From: Pristiophorus japonicus
Taxonomy: Eukaryota
Assembly: GCF_044704955.1 (NCBI RefSeq)
Contig: NC_091989.1
Location: forward strand, 186,930,001-186,994,000
Length of the DNA: 64,000 nucleotides
Direction of reading: 5' to 3'
The notes beneath the pieces are model-generated. The model was not told the origin of the DNA, made no database searches, and saw only the letters and a program-made list of their open reading frames with translations. The first letter of the stretch is position 1, and the number at the start of each line of letters is the position of its first letter. The translations under genes and the position numbers were made by a program. Shown here in pieces: positions 36,668-47,855 of the stretch.

Positions 36668-38844
36668 GTGTTCGGGGAGGGCGGGGGGCGGGGGCGATCA
36701 GTAACAGTAACTGACCCCCCTGGTCGTGAGCCCCGCGCACAGCTCAGCCAATCAGTAACAGCGACTGGGAGTTCAATGTGAAAGTATAATGGGAATGTTC
36801 CACATAGTGGTTAAAGTGTAGAGAGAAGTGACACACATTTTATATACACAGATAATAGAGAGAGAGAGAGACATGTAGACAGACAGAGTGGTACTTTAAA
36901 TGTTACCAGTGCGGGTGTGATACATGTACACCCGGTGCTGTTGTTCCGTGCCTTTGTTACCTCCAGACTTGACTATTCCAGCGCACTCCTGGCTGGCCTC
37001 CCACATTCTCCCCGACATAATCTAGAGCTGATCCAAAACTCGGCTACCTGTGTCCTAACTCGCACCCGTAATGTGACACCGAGCGGCATAAAGAGATATT
37101 AGGGCAGGTGACCAAAAGCCTAGTCAAAGAGGAAGGTTTTAAGGAGCATCTTAAACAAGGAAAGAGAGGTAGAGAGGTGGAGAGGTTTAGGGAGAGAGTT
37201 CCAGAGCTTGGGGCCCAGGCAGCTGAAGGCACGGCCACCGATGGTAGAGCGATTATAATCAGGGATGGTCAGGAGGGCAGAATTTGTGGAGCACAGATAT
37301 CTCGGGGGTTGGGGGGCTGGAGGAGATTACAGAGAGAGGGAGGGGCGAGGGCCATAGAGGGATTTGTAAACAAGATTGAGAATTTTGAAATCGAGGCATT
37401 GCTTAACCGGGAGCCAATGTAGCTCAGTGAGCACAGGGTGATATCTGTACACTGACTGGTGTCTCTCAGTCCGTCTCTCTCAGGGAGATATCTGTACACT
37501 GACTGGTGTCTCTCAGTCCCTCTCCCTCAGGGAGATATCTGTACACTGACTGGTGTCTCTCAGTCCCTCTCCCTCAGGGTGATATCTGTACACTGACTGG
37601 TGTCTCTCAGTCCGTCTCTCTCAGGGAGATATCTGTACACTGACTGGTGTCTCTCAGTCTCTCTCCCTCAGGGAGATATCTGTACACTGACTGGTGTCTC
37701 TCAGTCCCTCTCCCTCAGGGAGATATCTGTACACTTTATTCCCTTATCGCTCAAAAATCTGTCTATCTCCATGTTAAATTTATTCAATGACACAGCCTCC
37801 CCAGCTCTCCACAGATTTACAACCCTCTGAGAGAAGAAATTCCTCCTCATCTCAGTTTTAAATGGGCGGCCCCTTATTCTGAGACTATTGGACTATATTT
37901 TCCCCATGCTGTTTTTTGGCGCATTGCCAGAGTTGGCCCGAATCTTTTTTGGCCTCGAATATTCCCCAGAAATAACGATCAAGTTTCAGGCATGGAGGCT
38001 GTGTAGGTTCCCCGGGTTCCTGACCTTCGGCCCCCCTCCCCCACCCCCGGGTTCCTGACCTTCGGCCCCCCTCCCCCACCCCCGGGTTCCTGACCTTCGG
38101 CCCCCCTCCCCCACCCCCGGGTTCCTGACCTTCGGCCCCCCCCTCCCCCTCCCCTCCCCCACCCCCGAGTTCCTGACCTTCGGCCCCCGTCCCCCACCCC
38201 CGAGTTCCTGACCTTCGGCCCCCCTCCCCCACCCCCGGGTTCCTGACCTTCGGCCCCCCGATTGATCCCCTCCCCCCTCATCAATCCCCGCCCCCCCAGC
38301 CCCTCCCCCACCACACGGCCGTGCGGAGGGAGTGGAAAACACGGAGCCAATAATGGCTGCCATTGTTGAACACTCCGTTCTCGGGATGTGGGCATCGCTG
38401 GCCAAGCCGCCATTTTGTGCCCATGCCCTAGTAGCCAATGAGAAGGGAGTGATGGTGTTTGGCCTTCTCCCTGACCCTTGGTTTGGGACAACCCAGTGTC
38501 TGGCCCGGCCCACCTCACAGGGCAGTGAGGAGTTGGGTGTGGGTCTGGAGTCACATATAGGCCGGGCCGGGTAAGGGCGACAGGTTTCCTTCCCTGAACC
38601 ACAGTCGGGACTCTCACCGCTACCTACTCCTCTTTAAATGCTCCAGATTTGTAAACTGATTTCAGATTGTCAAACTGGTGGGATTGTTGAGTGCACTGGA
38701 TCAGTAACACAACCTCCACACCACTGTCAGGGACACTGTCCAACATATCAACCCTTGTGACCATGGAACCGGCCCATCCACACTCCTTCAATTACAGCAC
38801 TCACCCGTGGGCCGGGCTCGGGGGGCCTCCGTATGTTCTGGGCC

Positions 38845-39480
38845 AGACTTCTATTGGCCGAGGCACAGGATACAAGACCAGGGGGGTTAGGCTTCAACTG
38901 CACGCAACACGAGTTAGGCCACAGCTGGAGTACTGCGTGCAGTTCTGGTCACCACATTACAAGAAAGATGTGATTGCACTGGAGAGGGTACAGAGGAGGT
39001 TTACGAGGATGTTGCCGGGACTGGAGAATGTTAGCGAGGAGGAAAGATTGGATAGGCTGGGCGTGTTTTATTTGGAACTGAGGAGGCTGAGGGGAGATTT
39101 AATTGAGGTGTATAAAATTATGAGGGGCCTGGATGGAGTGGATAGGAAGGAGCTATTTCCCTTAGCAGAGGGGTCAATAACCAGGGGGCATAGATTTAAA
39201 GTAATTGATAGAAGGATTAGAGGGGAGATGAGGAAATATTTCTTCACCCAGAGGATGGTGGGGGTCTGGAACTCATGGCCTGAAAGGGTGGTAGAGGCAG
39301 AAACCCTCACCACATTTAAACAGGACCTGGATGTACACCTGAAGTGCTGTAACCCACAGGGCTACGGACCGAGAGCTGGAAAGTGGGGTTAGGCTGGGTA
39401 GCTCTTGGTCGGCCGGTGTGGACACGATGGGCCGAATGGCCTCCAGTGTGGGAAGTGCTCTATGATTCTCTGACTCTATG
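38845..39480 (+). mobile_element. CR1 ORF2 3' fragment
   Basis: RPQLEYCVQFWSP...RRLRGDLIEVYK...TRGH...FFTQRMV. Confidence 0.9.
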
Positions 39481-39846
39481 AACACGGCCTCACTGAGGGA
39501 GACGTGGGGTAAAGAGCGAGGAAGGGAACAGGATGGAAAACACAGGAGGGGGGCATTCAAGGCTGGGTAACTCTCAGCTTAGAAACAATTTGCTGGCTGG
39601 GGAGCCGAGCCAGTCAGTGACCATTCTGAGTGGGGTTTCCATCAATCATCGCTGACGGGACCAGTTTAGTTCCGGGTGTGTGTCGCTGCTTGTTACTGAT
39701 AAGGTCTCGGTCTAAACAGCCGCTTCCGCTGCTTATCGACAGGGCACCAGCGTGTCGGTTCTGTGAGCGACCCACTGACCTGTGTTCGGGGAGGGCGGAG
39801 CGGGGGGGCGATCGGTAACAGTAACCGACCTTCCTGGTCCTGAGCC

Positions 39847-40560
39847 CCGAACCCTAACCCTAACCCTGACCCTAACCCGAACCCTAACCCTGACCCTGAC
39901 CCGAACGCTAACCCGAACCCTGACCCGAACCCTGACCCTATCCCTGACCCTAACCCTAACCCTGACCCTGACCTGAACCCTAACCCTAACCCTGCGCCTG
40001 ACCCAAACCCTAACCCTAACCCTGAACCTGACCCTAACCCTGACCCTGACCCTGACCCTAACCCTGACCCTGACCCTGAGCCTGACCCGAAGTCTGACCC
40101 TGACCCTAACTCTNNNNNNNNNNNNNNNNNNNNNNNNNNNNNNNNNNNNNNNNNNNNNNNNNNNNNNNNNNNNNNNNNNNNNNNNNNNNNNNNNNNNNNN
40201 NNNNNNNNNNNNNNNNNNNNNNNNNNNNNNNNNNNNNNNNNNNNNNNNNNNNNNNNNNNNNNNNNNNNNNNNNNNNNNNNNNNNNNNNNNNNNNNNNNNN
40301 NNNNNNNNNNNGATCCTGACCCACTGACCTGTGTTCGGGGAGGGTGGGGGGAAATCGGTAACAGTAACTGACCCTCCTGGTCCTGAGCCCCTAACCCTGA
40401 CCCTGACCTTAACCCTGACCCTGAGCGTGACCCACTGACCTGTGTTCAGGGAGGGAAGGTGGGGAGATTGGTAACAGAAACTGACCCTCCTGCTCCTGAG
40501 CCCCTAACCCGAACCCTGAACCTGACCCTGACCCTGACCCTAACCCTGACCCTGACCCAC
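39847..40560. repeat. Telomere-like hexamer array containing gap 40114-40311, interleaved with ~75-bp spacer repeats
   Basis: CCCTAA/CCCTGA/CCCGAA units. The spacer cccactgacctgtgttcgggg...ggtcctgagccc occurs three times at 40318-40633. Confidence 0.85.
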
Positions 40561-40999
40561 TGACCTGTGTTCGGGGAGGGCGGGGGGCGGGGGGTGATCA
40601 GTAACATTAACTGACCCTCCTGGTCCTGAGCCCCGCGCACAGCTCAGCCAATCAGTAACAGCGACTGGGAGTTCAATGTGAAAGTGTAATGGGAATGTTC
40701 CACATAGTGGTTAAAGTGTAGAGAGAAGTGACACACATTTTATATACACAGATAATAGAGAGAGAGAGAGACATGTAGGCAGACAGAGTGGTACTTTAAA
40801 TGTTACCGGTGCGGGTGTGATACATGTACACCCGGTGCTGTTGTTCTGTGCCTTTGTTACCTCCAGACTTGACTTTTCCAGCGTACTCCTGGCTGGCCTC
40901 CCACATTCTCCCCGACATAATCTAGAGCTGATCCAAAACTCGGCTACCCGTGTCCTAACTCGCACCCGTAATGTGACACCGAGCGGCATAAAGAGATAT

Positions 41000-41740
41000 T
41001 AGGGCAGGTGACCAAAAGCCTGGTCAAAGAGGAAGGTTTTAAGGAGCATCTTAAACAAGGAAAGAGAGGTAACGAGGTGGAGAGGTTTAGGGAGGGAGTT
41101 CCACATCTTGGGGCCCAGGCAGCTGAAGGCACGGCCACCGATGGTTGAGCGATTATAATCAGGGATGGTCAGGAAGGCAGAATTAAAGGAGTGCAGACAT
41201 CTCGGGGGGTTGTGGGGCTGGAGGAGATTACAGAGATAGGGAGGGGCGAGGCTGTGGAGGGATTTATAAACCAGGATGAGAATTTTGAAATCGAGGTGTT
41301 GCTGAACCGGGAGCCAATGTATGTCAGCGAGCACAGGGGGTGATGGGTGAGTGGGACTGGGTGTGAGTTAGGACACAGGGCAGTGAGCACAGGGAGTGAT
41401 GGGTGAGTGGGACTTGGTGCGAGTTAGGACACGGGGCAGTGAGCACAGGGGGTGATGGGTGAGTGGGACTTGGTGCGAGTTAGGACACGGGGCAGCCGAG
41501 TTTTGGATCACCTCTAGTTTACATTGAGTAGAATGTGGGAGGCCGGCCAGGAATGCGTTGGAATAGTCAAGTCTGGGGGTAACAAGGGCATTGATGAGGG
41601 CTTCAGCAGCAGAAGAGTTGAGGCAGGGGTGGAGACGGGCGATGTTACGGAGCTGGGAATAGGCGGAGTTAGTTATGCTGTGGATATGTGGTTGGAAGCT
41701 CATTTCAGGGTCAGATATGACCCCAAGGTTGTGAATATGT
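41000..41740 (-). mobile_element. L2-like LINE 3' fragment with an internal ~56-58-bp tandem triplication (~41330-41495)
   Basis: NLGVI...LRNIARL...LVTPRLDYSNA...IQNSAA...HWLPV...GGRAFS. Confidence 0.85.
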
Positions 41741-42205
41741 GAAGAATCCCACGGCACTATGTTGGGAGAAGAGCTGGGAGTTTTCCCGGTGTCCTGGGCC
41801 CAATGTTTATCCCACAACCAATGTCACTGAAACAGATTATCTGGTCACTTTATATAATTGCCTAATTGAGTGTGTAGAACTTACAGTGAGTGAGACACAA
41901 GATAAAGGATACACCATGCTCCCAGCCATTGGGCAGGTAATCTGGATTCAGACACAACTCCTCTGCCCAACCTCTCTCCCCGCAGTCCCTGCCTTTATTG
42001 ACCCTTCGAGCAGCACTGGGCTGCCCACTGACTGAGCAGCTTCAGTTTACAAAAGGCCGACTGCCTCCCTTACTGCCCGTGTTCTGTTCCTAAACACTCT
42101 GTGCCCAAAGACCCGGCCCCCTCCCCTCACAGACTGACAGAAAGGGTTTCCTCACACAATGGTGAGGAGTGTCTGTCCCAACACCCAGACCCATGTAACA
42201 CTGAG

Positions 42206-43159
42206 GGGGGAAATTACCCCGCGCCCTGATTGTGGGCGGAACCTTCCGGGGCCGCGACGTTTAGTGCCCAGTGCAGAAGTCCCGCCCCCACCGCGGAATT
42301 ATCCTCACTGCCCCTCGAAGGAAGCAGAGCGCAATCTCACGTACTCCACGTCCATCGGGGGCGGTAACCGGGGTGGTAACCGGGGTAAGTGGGGCAGTAA
42401 CCGGGGCGGTAAGTGGGGCAGTAACCGGGGCAGTAACCGTGGTAAGTGGGGCAGTAACCGAGGCGTTAACCGGGGTAAGTGGGGCAGTAACCGGGGCGGT
42501 AACTGGGGCGGTAACATGAGTAACCGGGGCGGTAACCGGGGTGGTAACTGAGGTAAGTGGGGCAGTAACCAGGACAGTAACCGGGGCGGTAACTGGGGTG
42601 GTAACCAGGGTGGTAATCGGAGTAACCGGGGCGGTAACCGCGGCGGTAACTGGGGCGGTAACCGGAGTAACCGGGGCGGTAACCAGGGTAAATGGGGCAG
42701 TAACCGGGGTGGTAACCGGGGTAAGCGGGGCAGTAACCGGAGCTGTAACTGGGGCGGTAACCGGGGTAATCGGGACGGTATGCAGGGTGGTGACCGGGGC
42801 CATAACCGGGTGGTAACCGTGCGGTAACTGAGGCGCTGAAGGACACGATACGCGGATGCTCCGTGTCGGGCTGTGGTGGTTTGATGCCCCTCCCCCGTAC
42901 ATTAAAGGGGCAGGGTCGCTGCTTACTCTGCAAGGCCTCTGATGGCCCCCACTGGGCCCCCAGAGCAGCGTGGGACCGGGCCGGTAGCCCAGCGCCCAAG
43001 GCGGAGCGCGGGCTGTATGATGGCGGCATGGACCACACTCGGGCCGCCATCCCTGAGCCGACCCGAGAGTCGGCCGACAGGAAAACATGGCGGCCCCTTT
43101 ACGGAGCGCTCCGAGAGCGGATATCCGCCAGCCTCACGGCCCGGGGGGTAATTTCCCCC
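42206..43159. mobile_element. MITE-like element with perfect 15-bp TIRs (GGGGGAAATTACCCC) and an internal GGTAACCGG-based microsatellite (~42358-42830)
   Basis: TIRs at 42206-42220 and 43145-43159; no transposase ORF; no clear TSD. Confidence 0.75.
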
Positions 43160-43460
43160 ACGGGGGGGTGAGGGGTCGGGGCGGGGAGGTGAGAGGTCGG
43201 GGCGGGGAGGGGTCGGGGTGGGGAGGGGTCGGGGAGGTGAGGGGTCGGGGTGGGGAGGGGTCGGGGCGGGGAGGGGTCGGGGTGGGGAGGGGTCGGGGAG
43301 GTGAGAGGTCGGGGCGGGGAGGGGTCGGTGAGGGGATCGTGTCGGTGAGGGGTCGGGGAGGTGAGAGGTCGGGTCGGGGAGGTGAGAGGTCGGGGTGGGG
43401 AGGGGTCGGGGTGGGGAGGGGTCGGTGAGGGGTCGTGACGGGGTAGTGAGGGGTCGCTGA
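43160..43460 (+). repeat. G-rich low-complexity repeat (GGGGTCGGGGYGGGGA-like), G-quadruplex-prone
   Basis: Dense G4 tracts with short loops. Confidence 0.8.
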
Positions 43461-43774
43461 TTGTGTTTAAACCCCCCCCTCACCTGCGATAACGAGACTA
43501 TAAAAAGGAGTAAGTTTGCTCCCTTATTGTCGAGGCTCTGGGACAGACAACGCCCGGTCAGTATATAATCGAGGTGTCTCTCGGTTTACCTTCTGGGGAC
43601 ATGGGCACCGTTGCCGAGGCCGTTGTCCGTCCCGAGTTGTCCCGAGAAGGTCGGGGTGGCCCGTTTCCTACAACGGAAAGGCTCGCTAGGCCGCGTCACG
43701 GGGCAGCTCAGGGTCCACCACATTGGTGTGGGACTGGAGTCACGTGTAGGCCGGACTGTGTGAGGATGGCAGCT

Positions 43775-44120
43775 CTTTACAATATACATCAATGATTTAG
43801 ATGAAGGAGTTGAGTGTAATATCTCCAAGTTTGCAGATGACACGAAGCTGGGTGGTGGTGTGAGCTGTGAGGAGGACGCTATGAGGCTGCAGGGTGACTT
43901 GGACAGGTTAGGCGAGTGGGCAAATACATGGCAGATGCAGTATAATGTGGATAAATGTGAGGTTATCCACTTTGGGGGCAAAAACACGAAGGCAGAATAT
44001 TATCTGAATGGCTGTAGATTAGGAAAAGGGGAGGTGCAACGAGACCTGGGTATCATGGTACATCAGTCATTGAAAGTTGGCATGCAGGTACAGCAGGCAG
44101 TGAAGAAGGCAAATGGTATG
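43775..44120 (+). mobile_element. CR1 RT fragment, cut by the Gypsy insertion
   Basis: [32 protein letters not shown], then an LTR begins. Confidence 0.9.
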
Positions 44121-47100
44121 TGTTGTGTATCTGTAAAGCATGCACTCCCATGTTCCGCCACCAGGGAGCGCATCCCCTGAAGTCCCAAGGGATCTCAGCA
44201 TCCCTTGGGAGCACTGTATATAAGCCGGCCCCTAAGGCCTGTTCCTCACTCTGGAGCGTCTTAATAAAGACTGAGGTCACTGTTACTTTAACCTCCTTGT
44301 GTGCAGTCTCATCTGTGTTCGGAACACAATAACTGGCAACGAGTATACGAATCCAACGCAAAGATGCAGCAAACTGTGTGTATCCTGGAGAAGTTCTCGG
44401 AGGGTGAGGACTGGGAAGCCTATGTCGAACGGCTAGACCAGTACTTTGTAGCTAACGACCTGAACGGAGAAGGAAACGCTGCAAAAAGGAGAGCGACCTC
44501 CTCACAGTCTGCGGGGCACCGACCTACAGCCTCATGAAGAATCTTCTGGCTCCAGTGAAACCCACAGATAAGTCGTATGAGGAGCTGTGTATAGTGGTTC
44601 GGGAGCATCTTAACCTGAGGGAGAGCGCGCTGATGGCGAGGTATCGGTTCTACATGTGCCAGTGATCTGAAGGTCAGGAAGTGGCGAGCTACATCGCCGA
44701 GCTAAGGCGACTTGCAGGATAATGTGAGTTTGATGGCTACCTGGAGCAAATGCTCAGAGACTTTTTTGTACTGGGCATTGGCCACGAGAGCATCCTACGA
44801 AAACTTTTGACTGTAGAGACACCGACCCTCAGTAAGGCCATTGTGACAGCACAGGCGTTTATGTCCACCAATGATAACAACAAACAAATCTATCAGCACA
44901 CAAATGCTAGCAATGTTCATAAATTAACTAGAACTGTGTTTGCGAGCAGAAATGTACAGGGCAGAAACCATGAGTCTGCAACTGCCAGCAGGCCTCAGGT
45001 GACCCAGATGACTCAGATTCCCCAACAAAGGATGAATGCAAGGCAATTCACACCTTGTTGGTGTTGTGGAGGCTTCCATTCAGCCTATTCATGCCATTTC
45101 AAAGGGTATGTTTGCAAGAGCTGTGGAACAATGGGGCACCTCCAACGAGTTTGCAGACGAGCTGCAAGCTCTGCAAAACCTGCTAACCACCACGTGGCAG
45201 AGGAAGATCAGTCCATGGTGGATCAAAGCAATTCCGAACCTCAGAGAGAGGAGGCAGTTGCTGAAGTACGCGGGGTGCACACATTTTTGATGAAATGTCC
45301 ACCTATAATGCTAAATGTAAAATTGAATGGCTTACCATGGAACTGGCGCTAACCAATCCATCATGAATAAAAAGATGTTTGAGTGCAACAAGGCACTCAG
45401 ATCAGCCCTGAGCACCATCCACACGAAACTGACAATGTACACCAAAGAGTTTATCACTGTCCTGGGCAGCGCCATGGTCAAGGTCACCTACGAGGGCACG
45501 GTGCATGAACTGCCACTCTGGGTTGTCCCGGGCGATGGCCCCACACTGCTTGGAAGGAGCTGGCTGGGCAAAATCCACTGGAACTGGGATGACATCTGAG
45601 CGCTATCACATGTCGATGAGGCCTCATGTACCCAGGTTCTTAGCAAATTTCCTTCCCTTTTTGAGCCTGGCATTGGAAACATTTCCGGGGCGAAGGTGCG
45701 GATCCACTTGGTCCCAGAGGCATGATCCATTCACCACAAGGCGCGAGCGGTACCTCACATGAAGAGGGAGAGTGTGGAAATCGAGCTGGACAGGCTGCAA
45801 CGTGATGGCATCCCCAGTGGAATTCAGCGAGTGGGCCAGCCCGATTGTTCCAGTACTCAAAAGTACTGGCACAGTCAGGATTTGCGGCGATTATAAAGTA
45901 ACTATTAATCGTTTCCCACGACCTAAGGCAGACGACCTATTTGCAATGCTGGCAGGAGGCAAGACGTTCTCCAAGCTCGACCTGACTTCGGTCTACATGA
46001 CGCAGGAGCTGGAGGAGTCTTCGAAGGGCCTCACCTGCATCAACACGCACAAGGGACTGTTCATCTACAATTCTGTCAGCTGCAGCGATCTTCCAGAGAA
46101 AAATGGAGAGCCTACTCAAGTCGGTACCACACACAGTGGTTTTTCAGGACGACATACTGGTCACGGGTTGGGTCACCGTCGAGCACCGACAAAACCTGGA
46201 GGAGGTCCTCCAGCGACTGGATCACGTAGGGCTGAGGCTGAAGAGGTCGAAATGCGTCTTCATGGTAACAGAAGTGGAGTTTTTGGGGAGAAAGATCACA
46301 GCAGAAGGCATTCGGCCCACAGACGCCAAGACAGAGGCTATCAGGAACGTGCCCAGGCCATAGAACGTCACGGAGCAGCGGTCGTTCCTGGGACTCCTCA
46401 ACTATTTTGGTAACTTCCTACCGGGATTAAGCACCCTCTTAGAGCCCCTACATGTGTTATTGTGTAAAGGTGAGAACTGGGTACGGGTAAAAAAACCAAG
46501 TAATTGCTTTTGAGAAAGCCAGAAACATTTTATGCTCCAACAAGCTGCTGGTATTGTAAAACCCGTGTAAAAGACTCGTGCTAGCATGTGATGCGTCGTC
46601 GTACGGAGTCGGGTGTGTATTACAACAAGCTAACGTTGCGGGGAAGTTGCAACCTGTCGCCTATGCTTCCAGGAGCTTGTCTAAGGCCGAGAGAGCCTAC
46701 TGCATGATTGAGAAAGAGGCATTAGTGTGTGTGTTCGGGGTAAAGAAAATGCATCAGTACCTGTTTAGCCACAAATTTGAGCTGGAAACCGATCATAAGC
46801 CCTTCATATCCCTCTTCGCTGAAAACAAGGCGATAAATACTAATGCCTCAACCTGCATACAAAGGTGGGCACTCGCGCGATCAGCGTATAACTATACAAT
46901 CCGCCACAGGCCAGGCACCGAGAACTGTGCGGATGCTCTCAGTCGACTACCACTGCCCACCACGGGGGTGGAAATGGCACAGCCTGCAAACTTGTTGATG
47001 TTGGCGCAGCCCGCAGACTTGTTGATGGTCATGGAAGCATTTGAAAATGATAAATCACTTGTCATGGCCCACCAGATTAGGACTTGGACAAGCCAAGATC

Positions 47101-47855
47101 CTCTGCTGTCCCTAATAACAAACTGTGTACTGCATGGGAGCTGGGCCAGCATCCCCATTGAAATGCAAGAGCTAATCAAACCATTCCAGTGGTGAAAGGA
47201 CGAGCTGTCCATTCAGGCAGACTGCCTGTTGTGGGGTAACCGCGTAGTGCTACCCAAAAAGGGCAGGGAGACGTTTATCTCAGATCTCCACAGCACACAC
47301 CCGGGTATAGTAATGATGAAAGCGATAACCAGATCCCACGTGTGGTGGCCCAGTATCGACTCTGACTTAGAGTACTGTGTATGGCAATGCAGCGTATGTG
47401 CTCAGTTGAGCAACGTGCCCAGAGAGGCACCACTAAGTTTGTGGTCCTGGCCCTCCAGACCATGGTCAAGGATCCATGTCGACTATGTGGGCCCGTTTCT
47501 CGGTAAAATGTTCCTGGTGGTGGTGGATGCTTTTTCAAAATGGATTGAATGTGAAATAATGTCGGGAAGCACCGCCACCATTGAAAGCCTGAGAGCCATG
47601 TTTGGCACCCACGGCCTGCCTGACATACTTGTCAGTGACAACGGGCCATGTTTCACCAGTGCCGAATTTAAAGAATTCATGACTCGCAATGGGAACAAAC
47701 ATGTCACCTCGGTCCCGTTTAAACCAGCCTCCAATGGGCAGGCAGAGCGGGCAGTACAAACAATCAAACAGAGCCTTAAACAAGTCGCACAAGGCTCACT
47801 CCAAACCCGCCTGTCCCGAGTACTGCTCAGCTACCGCACGAGATCCCACTCTCTC
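44121..47855 (+). mobile_element. Ty3/Gypsy (Mag-like) element: 5' LTR 44121-44331, PBS, decayed gag-pol; truncated in integrase by the satellite; no 3' LTR
   Basis: Termini TGTTGTGT...ACACAATA with TATA and AATAAA. PBS TGGCAACGAG at 44334. gag DWEAYVERLDQYFVAN and CKSCGTMGHLQRVC. RT FQDD; RNase H CDAS; integrase IHVDY, SDNG, NGQAER. Confidence 0.93.

Larger units (their letters stand above)
30818..41335. repeat. Tandem segmental duplication: cores at ~31812-33820, 34480-36225, 36667-38407 and a partial core at 40557-41335; block 30818-31480 also repeated at 39182-39850
   Basis: Near-identical cores each contain a GC/CCAAT segment, inverted L2 fragments, a short 47-bp satellite array, a CR1 fragment, a C-rich ~36-bp VNTR and a SINE tail. 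The same short ORFs (MIHxxPVLLF.., MAVPSAAW..) recur four times. Confidence 0.93.

Noticed and set aside
33412-36740. Long ORFs crossing N gaps
   Set aside because: Artefacts of hexamer repeats plus Ns.
42159-43483. Mucin-like or Pro-rich ORFs
   Set aside because: Products of the MITE microsatellite and the G-rich repeat.
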